NCBI GenBank assembly: GCA_041738395.1
Contig: JBGSPW010000025.1
Location: forward strand, 4,100-68,099
Origin: Thermoflexales bacterium
GTDB lineage: Bacteria > Chloroflexota > Anaerolineae > Fen-1058
Length of the DNA: 64,000 bases
Reading direction: 5' to 3'
The notes beneath the pieces were generated by a model that was given only the letters and a program-made list of their open reading frames with translations, searched no databases and was not told the DNA's origin. Shown here in pieces: positions 9,342 through 18,400 of this stretch. Within the stretch, counting starts at the first letter, position 1; each line of letters begins with the position of its first letter. The translations under genes were made by a program, and so were the position numbers.

Positions 9342-12317
9342 ATGTCATCTCCGTCTTTTGACCAAGACAAAGAACTCGCCGAATTCTTCACCGACGTGGA
9401 GCACTTGCGCAACGCATTCAAGGATGCCGTCGCCGCACCGACGTTGGCGAAGCGGCTGTTTGTCATTCACGGCGTCGGGGGTGTAGGTAAGTCGTCGCTA
9501 CTGCGGATGTTTCGCCTGTACTGCAAGAGTGTGAATGTCCCCGTCGCGCTCGCCTCGGGCGATGAAGCCAAATCCGCCTTCGATATTCTGGCGCGCTGGA
9601 CAGCCGATCTGAAGGCAGACGGTGTAGCATGCCCATTATTCAGCAAGATGTACGACCATTATCGCGCTCTTCAAGCCAAGGTCGAGACTGAAGCGGGCAA
9701 GATTGCTGGGCAGGCAGTCAAAGGTGCGGCAAAGACCGTGATTGAGACAGCAGCAAGTACTGTTCCCGGCATTGGCCCATTGCTGGGAAAACTGGGCGGA
9801 ACAAGCGTCGAGGCACTGGCTGACATACTTTTGAGCCGCGGATTCAAGCGGCCAGATATCGACTTGCTTCTCGACCCGACCAAGAAGCTTACCGATGATT
9901 TCCTCGATGACATGAATAAAGCCGCAGACAAACAGCGTGTTGTGCTGATGCTTGATACATTTGAGCAAATGACCGCGCTTGAAGATTGGGCGCGTGATAT
10001 TGCGCAACGCTTGCCTTCCAATATGTTGTTCGTAATTGCAGGTCGCGCTTTGCCGAACTGGAGCCGAACATGGGATAGTTGGCAAAAGAACGCGTACGTT
10101 GAAGAACTGAAGCCGATGACCGAAGACGTGATGCGCGAGTTGATTCGGCGCTATTACGCGACGATGCGCGGCGGTGAACCGGACCCTATACAAGTTGAGG
10201 CGATTATCCATTTTGCACGCGGTTTACCGATGGTCGTGACAAGCGCGGTGCAGTTGTGGGTCAAGTATGGTGTTGAGGATTTTCAAGCGGTAAAGGTCGA
10301 AATTGTTGCCAATCTCGTGGACCGCTTGATGGAGGGTGTGCCAAGCACGTTGATACCTGCCCTCGAAGCAGCAGCGGTTGTGCGTTGGTTCGATCAACCA
10401 ATCTTGCGTGCGGTGATGCAGCAAGATGATTTGCGCGAAGCATACAATGAGTTGCGACGCTTCCCGTTTGTGCGCGTGCGCGTGGAAGGGCTGGCGCTGC
10501 ACGATGCCGTGCGTGAGATTATGGACGAGAACTTGCGCGTACAAGATTCCGAGCGTTATCGTGAACTGCATAAGCGCGCGGCGGTGTATTTTGAAAAACG
10601 GCTGGGGAACGCAGGGAGCGAAGAAACAAGCCGGCTAGAGATGGAACGTTTGTATCATCGGATCCATGCTGATGAAGTCACTGGCCTCACGTTGTTTCAG
10701 GAGATGGCGGAAAATCTGACGCGATATCGCCTTGTCAATCGCTTGCGGGCGGTAGTAGATGATGCATACACTTATACGCTGGAGTGCAACAAGAGTAAGC
10801 TGTGGCGAGACTACTATAACGCACGATCAGCAGAGCTTGAGCGACATCTCGAAAAAGCGGAGGCGATCTACGAATCTATCCTCAAGCCTGAACCTGGAGA
10901 AAAGCTTGAAGGCAGATTGGAAGGATACACACTATGCGATTTAGGTGGCTTGCTGACGAGGCCATCACGATTAAGTGGAGCGAGTGAACGAAAGAAAGCC
11001 CACGATGTGCTAGAGCGTGCCCAAAGATTAATTGCTCGTTCAGATCCTAAGTTACTCGTCGTGTTGGAAAACATGCAGGAGATCACCAAGATAGAAAGTA
11101 ATTGGCCACTGACAGATAAGCTGTTTGATGATCGCATTGAAATATGCCGGGAGAATCACCATGCATTTGAACTGATTTACGCGTTAATCGCTCGAATTTC
11201 TGTTTCCGAAAGGCGAGGCAATTGGAATGGCGTGCGTGAACAAGAATATGAAGCGAGTGTAGCACTTGAAGACATTGGGGCTCCGCTTTTCTTACAGTAT
11301 ACGCTCCTACACCGCAGTCTGTATTGGATGCGAACTGGCCGGTACCATGAAGCGGAAAACCGCAGACGTAAATGCCTTGAAATAGCAGGACAGTTGAATC
11401 TGGCGCGCGAGCCCGCTTTAAGCCTTAATTGGCTTGGTTATTTACAAGGAATCCAAGACAAACTTGAATCGGCAGCCACATTGCAGGAATGCAAAGAAAA
11501 GCTAGATGACGCACAAAGTGACTGGGTCACGACCGCATTTAACTGTAACAAAGGATATGTGAATCTGCGGCAAGGCCATTATTTCGATGCAGAGGAATCT
11601 TTGAGGCAAGGACTAGCAGGTAAGCAGAAGCTTGACCCAAAGGCGATCCCATTGATTCAGATATGGCTGGGAGAACTATGTGCATGCCAAGGGAAATGGA
11701 CAGAAGCTAACTCGCAGTATGAAGAAGCTCTCTGGCAGCGAATATCAGATAGCTATGATTTGCGCAGCACTGCCTTGACAGGTCTCATCTGCGTCAAGCA
11801 CGCACAAGGCGACTATACTGCTATCCCGCCACTACTCGCCGAAGCTGAGCAACTCGCCCAGCAGTACGAATATAACGATCATCTCGCCTCGTTGCGATTG
11901 ACGCAAGGGCATATCGCGTGGGAGGGCAATGCGCCGACGTGGGATAACGGTTTTGAGGCGACGCTGCACTTCTACCAACACTCGCTGATCTACGCTCTGC
12001 GCTACAACCGCTTTTTGCTGGACGAGGTGCTGTCAGGGCGACCGCAAGGATCACCCCTACGGCCGATTATTCCGCACTGTCTAGAACGCGGCGATGAGGG
12101 TCGGCAAATGCTGATCGCCTTGCGTGAATGGTGGCAGGCAGGCCTCAACGACATCGGCACACCGCGCCCGGATACGATTTCACCGATTCCTGAAGGCATT
12201 CCGTTGTTGGAAGCGGAACGTGTCGCGCGCGGCCGCGAGCCGGGTGATGGCTCGCCGCAAAAGAGTGTGATCGAGCAGATTGAGGCGGCGTTGGTGAAGT
12301 TAGGCGAGATTGCGTAA
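9342..12317 (+). CDS. P-loop STAND-like NTPase with C-terminal TPR array (paralog A1)
   Basis: Walker A VIHGVGGVGKSSLLRM, Walker B VVLMLDTFEQM, Gly-rich hydrophobic insert between them, long TPR-like helical C-terminus. GAGGAG SD precedes the ATG at 9342, and the N-terminus aligns with the paralog start MSS(P/S)SFDQDKELAEFF. Confidence 0.75.
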   Translation: MSSPSFDQDKELAEFFTDVEHLRNAFKDAVAAPTLAKRLFVIHGVGGVGKSSLLRMFRLYCKSVNVPVALASGDEAKSAFDILARWTADLKADGVACPLFSKMYDHYRALQAKVETEAGKIAGQAVKGAAKTVIETAASTVPGIGPLLGKLGGTSVEALADILLSRGFKRPDIDLLLDPTKKLTDDFLDDMNKAADKQRVVLMLDTFEQMTALEDWARDIAQRLPSNMLFVIAGRALPNWSRTWDSWQKNAYVEELKPMTEDVMRELIRRYYATMRGGEPDPIQVEAIIHFARGLPMVVTSAVQLWVKYGVEDFQAVKVEIVANLVDRLMEGVPSTLIPALEAAAVVRWFDQPILRAVMQQDDLREAYNELRRFPFVRVRVEGLALHDAVREIMDENLRVQDSERYRELHKRAAVYFEKRLGNAGSEETSRLEMERLYHRIHADEVTGLTLFQEMAENLTRYRLVNRLRAVVDDAYTYTLECNKSKLWRDYYNARSAELERHLEKAEAIYESILKPEPGEKLEGRLEGYTLCDLGGLLTRPSRLSGASERKKAHDVLERAQRLIARSDPKLLVVLENMQEITKIESNWPLTDKLFDDRIEICRENHHAFELIYALIARISVSERRGNWNGVREQEYEASVALEDIGAPLFLQYTLLHRSLYWMRTGRYHEAENRRRKCLEIAGQLNLAREPALSLNWLGYLQGIQDKLESAATLQECKEKLDDAQSDWVTTAFNCNKGYVNLRQGHYFDAEESLRQGLAGKQKLDPKAIPLIQIWLGELCACQGKWTEANSQYEEALWQRISDSYDLRSTALTGLICVKHAQGDYTAIPPLLAEAEQLAQQYEYNDHLASLRLTQGHIAWEGNAPTWDNGFEATLHFYQHSLIYALRYNRFLLDEVLSGRPQGSPLRPIIPHCLERGDEGRQMLIALREWWQAGLNDIGTPRPDTISPIPEGIPLLEAERVARGREPGDGSPQKSVIEQIEAALVKLGEIA

Positions 12318-12401
12318 CTTCAGTGTGATTCTGTATCCACTCACTACACGCTCTTCAACGCAATATACCGAACAAGCCGCTCAAAACTGAGGGAAACCTG
12401 A

Positions 12402-15400
12402 ATGTCATCTTCGTCCTTTGACCAAGACAAAGAACTGGCCGAATTCTTTACCGACGTTGAGCACTTGCGCGAAGCGTTCAAGAATGCCGTCGCCGCACCA
12501 ACGCTGACGAAGCGACTGTTTGTCATTCACGGTGTTGGCGGGGTGGGCAAGTCGTCGCTGTTGCGGATGTTTCGCCTGCACTGCAGGAGCGTGAATGTCC
12601 CCGTCGCGCTCGCCTCGGGCGATGAAGCGAAGTCTGCCTTCGACATTCTGGCGCGCTGGACGGCCGATTTGAAGGTGGACGGCGTGTCGTTTTCGGCGTT
12701 CAGCAAGACGTTCGCGCATTACCGCGAAATTCAAGCCAAAGTAGATGCACAGGCGAAGAAGGCGGGTGGACGCGCGGCGGATATTGGCGGCAAGGCCGCC
12801 TCGAAAACGGCGGAAGCGGCCGGCGGTGCACTGGCAGGAGCGGCCATCGGCTCGATGATTCCTGGCGTCGGTACAGCAATTGGTGGTGCCCTGGGCGGTG
12901 TGCTGGGTGGGATGGGTGCGGAGGCATTGACGGACTGGCTGCGCGGATTTCTCAAACAACCGGACATCGATTTGCTTCTTGACCCGGCGAAGAAACTCAC
13001 CGACGATTTCCTAAACGACATTACCAAAGTCGCGGATAAGCGGCGCAGCGTGCTGATGCTCGACACGTTTGAACAGATGACGGCGCTTGAAGATTGGACG
13101 CGTGACGTTGCACAACGCTTGCATCCCAATGTGTTGTTCGTGATTGCAGGACGTGCCCTGCCGAACTGGAGCCGGGCGTGGGATAGTTGGCAAAAGCGCG
13201 CGTACATTGAAGAACTCAAGCCGATGACCGAAGACGTGATGCGCGAGTTGATTCAACGCTACTACGCGACGATGCGCGGCGGTGAACCAGCCCCCGCACA
13301 GGTTGAGGCGATTATCCGTTTTGCCCGCGGCTTGCCGATGGTCGTGACGAGCGCGGTACAGTTGTGGGTCAAGTATGGGGTCGAAGATTTTCAATCGGTT
13401 AAAACCGAAATCGTCGCCAATCTGGTGGATCGCATGACGGAAGGCGTTCCAAGTGCGTTGCTTCCCGCGCTCGAAGCGGCAGCCATTGTGCGCTGGTTTG
13501 ATCAACCAATTTTGCGGGCGGTATTGCAGCAAGACGATGTGCGCGATGCGTATAACGAGTTGCGACGCTTCCCGTTTGTACGCGTGCGCGTGGAAGGGTT
13601 GGCGTTGCACGACGCCGTGCGTGAGATTATGGATGAGAACCTGTGCGCACAAGATTCCGAACGCCACCGAGAAATGCACGAGCGTGCCGCGACCTATTTT
13701 GAAAAGCGGCTGGAAAAGGCAACAGGCGAAGAGGCCGAGCGACTTGGATTGGAACGATTGTATCATCGCGTCCGCGCAGATGAAGTGACAGGTATCAAAT
13801 TGTTTCAGGAGACGGCAGAGGAATTGGTGCGATCTCGTCTGATCAGTCGATTGCGCGCGTTGTTGAATAATGTTCGAATCGATTTGCTTGAACAAGAAAA
13901 TAGTAAACTATGGGTTGAATACTACAGTGCTCGTTTGCTACACTTGGAAGCCCAACGCGCTGATGCAGAAAAAGCATACCAATCCATCTACGAAAATAAT
14001 AACGCTGAAACTCGCTTGCGTGCGTATGCACTCTGCGATTGGGGAAGCATTCTAGAGAGAACAGCTTGGTTATCGAAACCCGGCGGCACAGAGAAGGCAA
14101 CGAACGTCTTGGAAAGAGCATTGACCATCTTATCCAATGAGGATCCCAAGACGGTTTCAGCTCTTCTAAGTCTGTGTGGAGTATATACGAGACTAGGGGA
14201 CTACGAACACGCGATTTATTATGGCAAAAAGGCAATTGAGTTTTCAGAGATACGTCAAGATAGCTATGCGTTGATATTAGCCCTGGAATCACTGCGATGG
14301 ATATATGTACTTAGCGGGGACTGGCAAAGCATGTTAGCAAATCAAGCCGCTGGAGAAAAATTGCTCACCAGTCATGGAAAAAGTCCCTACCTACTTGCCA
14401 GAGTAATTGGATCCTTCACAATTGGCTGTTCATGGGCAGGAAACTACTCTGAAAGTGAACGGAGATCTATAATCGCTCTTGGGGCATTTGAGGAGCTAAG
14501 TGCTCCCGCTACACTTAGCTATCTAAGAGAGCTAGCATATGCAGAAGGAATGCAGGATAAGTATGAAAAGGCTGACGAAAATTTCGGCAAAGCTCTTCAG
14601 GTTGCCAATCTTCTTGGCTACCAAAGAGAAAAAGTAACCCTGAGTTTTTGGGGCAGAATCCTCATCAGACAAGGAGCAGTGGAAAAAGCCAGAAACTTGC
14701 TAATTGAGAGTTACAACTCGGGACAGGAGTTGAAAGACCCTGGCGTGATGATAGAATCTCTGAATTGGCTTGCAGAAGTAGCTGAGATCGCTCATGATTG
14801 GCTGGATGCAGAAACGCAATACAATCGGGCACTTGAATTGCGAAGGACTCGCCGCTACTACTTCGAATGCGGTGCCCTCACAGGCTTCGTTCGCGTCAAG
14901 CACGCGCAAGATGACTTTGCCGCTATCCCACCACTCCTCGCGGAAGCAGAGCAACTGGCCCAGCAGTATGAGTACAACGACCATCTCGCGTCATTGCGGC
15001 TCACACAAGGGCATATCGCTTGGGAAGGCAAGGCGCCGACCTGGGACAACGGCTTCGAGGCGGCGCTGCATCTCTATCAACACGCGCTGATCTATGCCCT
15101 GCGCTACAACCGCTTTTTGCTGGATGAGGTGCTGTCGGGGCGATCGCAAGGAACACCACTGCGACCGATTATTCCGCATTGTCTAAAACGCGGCGAAGAA
15201 GGACGACAAATGCTGATCGCGTTGCGCGATTGGTGGCAGGCAGGCGTCAACGACATCGGCACGCCGCGCCCGGACACGATTTCGCCGATTCCCGAAGGCA
15301 TTCCGTTGCTGGAGGCAGAACACATCGCACGCGAACGTGAGCCGGGAGATGGTTCGCCGCAAAAGAGTGTGATTGAGCAGATTGAAGTAGCGTTGGGTTA

Positions 15401-15413
15401 TTCGGTAATCTGA
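12402..15413 (+). CDS. P-loop STAND-like NTPase with C-terminal TPR array (paralog A2)
   Basis: Same Walker A/B as A1. Glycine-zipper-like insert GSMIPGVGTAIGGALGGVLGGMG. N-terminal ~470 aa and C-terminal ~190 aa are highly similar to A1, while the centre is divergent. Confidence 0.75.
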   Translation: MSSSSFDQDKELAEFFTDVEHLREAFKNAVAAPTLTKRLFVIHGVGGVGKSSLLRMFRLHCRSVNVPVALASGDEAKSAFDILARWTADLKVDGVSFSAFSKTFAHYREIQAKVDAQAKKAGGRAADIGGKAASKTAEAAGGALAGAAIGSMIPGVGTAIGGALGGVLGGMGAEALTDWLRGFLKQPDIDLLLDPAKKLTDDFLNDITKVADKRRSVLMLDTFEQMTALEDWTRDVAQRLHPNVLFVIAGRALPNWSRAWDSWQKRAYIEELKPMTEDVMRELIQRYYATMRGGEPAPAQVEAIIRFARGLPMVVTSAVQLWVKYGVEDFQSVKTEIVANLVDRMTEGVPSALLPALEAAAIVRWFDQPILRAVLQQDDVRDAYNELRRFPFVRVRVEGLALHDAVREIMDENLCAQDSERHREMHERAATYFEKRLEKATGEEAERLGLERLYHRVRADEVTGIKLFQETAEELVRSRLISRLRALLNNVRIDLLEQENSKLWVEYYSARLLHLEAQRADAEKAYQSIYENNNAETRLRAYALCDWGSILERTAWLSKPGGTEKATNVLERALTILSNEDPKTVSALLSLCGVYTRLGDYEHAIYYGKKAIEFSEIRQDSYALILALESLRWIYVLSGDWQSMLANQAAGEKLLTSHGKSPYLLARVIGSFTIGCSWAGNYSESERRSIIALGAFEELSAPATLSYLRELAYAEGMQDKYEKADENFGKALQVANLLGYQREKVTLSFWGRILIRQGAVEKARNLLIESYNSGQELKDPGVMIESLNWLAEVAEIAHDWLDAETQYNRALELRRTRRYYFECGALTGFVRVKHAQDDFAAIPPLLAEAEQLAQQYEYNDHLASLRLTQGHIAWEGKAPTWDNGFEAALHLYQHALIYALRYNRFLLDEVLSGRSQGTPLRPIIPHCLKRGEEGRQMLIALRDWWQAGVNDIGTPRPDTISPIPEGIPLLEAEHIAREREPGDGSPQKSVIEQIEVALGYSVI

Positions 15414-15471
15414 ACTGTGGTTGCCGTTCGATACGCGGACTTTTGCAAGTACCTTCCTACGAGACAGATAG

Positions 15472-18400
15472 ATGACTACTTTATTTGACGCCGTCATCCC
15501 AAACCTTGTTGCCGAAGCTCTGATCCGTGCGGGCGATCATCTGTTTGGTTCTGCTATTCGTAAAGCGCTTGGTCGCTCAGAAGAGATTCGCTTGAAAGCG
15601 AGCATTGGAAGAGCACTGCATGAACTTGCCTCGGATTATGCACAACTGGAGCGCGCCGAAGGCCCTGCCTATATTCTTGATTCAAGGTTCTTTGAGGACA
15701 AAGCTGCGCGCACTGAACTTCTCAAGGTCTACAGACCTGATTTTATTTCGCGAGATGTGCTCGTCGCTCGCTATATTGAATTATACGGCTATGAGGACTT
15801 GGATAAGTTTCAGCGCAATTTGTCAGATTTCCTCCGAAATCTACATGAGATCAATTGGGAATTGTTGCCTCCGGGTGATCAATTTCAAACATCTTTCTTG
15901 ACGCGAGAAATACGTCAGCTGAGCGAACGAGTCGATAGCCTAATCTCAAATAATCAGACTGCCCAGCCTGCTTCTCCAACCCCATCCGCTGAGACCGCAA
16001 AGCCATCCGACATTTACACATTCTCCCGAAAAAGGGAAGTGCCAGATGCCATACAAGACGCTTTGACCACACTCACGTTGGCGGTACAAGAATCTTGGGC
16101 ACAGCCTGTTCCCCTTTATCGCGAGCTCGTTGAAGAAGAAACACAGCGCGAAATTGAAAAAGCGCGGAGTTTCCTGAAGCAGGGTGATATCAAAAGAGGA
16201 CATAGAATACTCTCTCATATCGAACAATCGAGGTCTAAGGTTCTTGATGATCTGCCTGCTGCAATTCGTTTCGATCTATTCCGACTTCTCGGCGCAGTGT
16301 ATCTGGTGCAGGGCGACATAGAGACGGCTGAATCCTATTTAAGGCGATCTGAAGTGGTATCGCCTGATGATTCGCGCTTAAACACTAACTGGGCCCAATT
16401 GCATCTCTTGAAACGTGAGTTTTTAGAGGCTGAGCGACTTGGTATAGAGGCTGAGCGAAGTGGCACTAATCGAGCTCAATCTATCGAAGTTGTGATTCAG
16501 GCAATGCTAGCCCAAAAGAAAGCGGAGGCTGCTCTAGCGTGGCTGGGGGACATAGATGTTGCCGAAGATCTTGAACATATCTATGTGTGTTGGGGACAAG
16601 TCTATTTTGCACTCGGTGATTTAGATGGAGCGCAGGAATATTTAGATAAGTCACTTGAACTGAAGCGCAATTATGCACCTGCGGATGCATTTATGGGCGA
16701 CGTTAAACTCGCCAAGTTGTACGAGCGTATCCGCAATTTCGCAGTACTCGAACAGGCTGACGATCTTCTTGACCAGGAATTACTGCAATCAATTGTGGCG
16801 CACTACACCAGCGCAATTAAGTCTTATGAGCATGCAGGGCTACTCGTACAAACAGAGGTAATTCACGTCAATCTTGCAAATGCGTTAAATCTCTTACGCA
16901 GGCCTAAAGAAGCCCTCGTACACATCAAAAAAGGACTTCGAAATTCCCCTCCCGTGCCTGAACCATGGCTGATAGCAGCAAGAGTCGCTCGCGATAGCGG
17001 TCAGATTGAATTGGCGGAGCACTGGTGTACTGAAGCCGCAAAACGCGCGCCAGATATCCCAGAGCCTTACTTTCAGCTTGCCGAAATTCGCTTAAGCCAG
17101 TCCAATACACAAGGCGCGCTAAGTGCTCTCAATCAAGCAGAAGCGATGTGCAAATCAGATCGTCATAAGACTGAGTTGGCGCTATTTCGTGCTGATGTAT
17201 ATAGCCAATGTGGAGACAGTGCGGGAATCCGCCAGGCCCTCGACTCAGTTCCTGAGGCGGCCCGTGATTCCTCTGATGTGATGTTAGCAGAGGCCGGGTG
17301 GTCCCGTCGCGCAGGCGATACTGATGGAGCTCAAACCATTCTTCTTAAGGCTGCGGAGAAATTTCCTGAGAATGTGAGTGTAGCAGCGTCAGCTGGGCGC
17401 TTTTTGTTATACGACAAGCAAAATCCAAAGGACGCAGTTCCCTTCCTACAGAAATGGGTAAAGTCTGCCCCTAGTAAAGTTAGCTATTTCCATCTAGCCC
17501 AATCTTTCTTTGGTTTAGGACATTATCAAGAAGCGCTGCGAGTCATTAATGAAGCTCGCTTGGCAAAGTGTGCAGATGATTACTTGCGGCGAATTGAAGG
17601 CGGCGCACTGTTAGGGCGGAAACGTTATCGTGAAGCTGTTCAAGTACTTGAGACAGTACCAATTGATAAAAGAGACTTTTCAAGCTGGTGCAATCTTGGG
17701 GCGGCCTGGCGATTGTTAGGTGATCGCGATCGAGCAATCGACGCGTATGAGAATGCATCTCGTATCAATGAAAAGCAACCGGAACTGTTTTTGACTTTGG
17801 CGGAGTTGTACCTACAACTTGAAGACAATGAGAATGCATATCACTATGCCCAAGCGGCATTGAAACTGGGGGAAGACGATCCTGACATTCACATGGGTTT
17901 CTTCCATACTGTTTTTGCCGCACAGCGCGAACGTGAGGCACTCCAAGTTCTGATGGAAATACCGAAACGATTTCCAGAATACACGGGACTGTATGCAGCG
18001 GGGTTAGACGAAGTCCGCCGCGTCTTTTCCGAAGGACAAATTCGCTCTCAACAGGCACTCAGCGAATATTTGGCAGGCCGTCTGCCGTTTACGATACTCT
18101 CGCTTTTGCTGAACTTGGCTACTGTTGAGCTATGGTTCGGATTTAGGCACGATGGGTTGAAGCAGCTATACGCTTCCGGCACACTTGAAGAACAGAGATC
18201 CGAAAGGAGTTTACTATCCAGTAGTGAGGTCGTCGTTGATTACACTGCATTATTGACGTCGCACGCACTAAACCTGCTTGAAGTATTACCATCGATCTTT
18301 GACAAGATATATATCCCTTCCACTGTGAGTTGGGCGATCATGTCAGATCGGGCACGGCTAATCCACACCCAACGTGAGCGCCTGAAAAGGCTGAAGGAAT

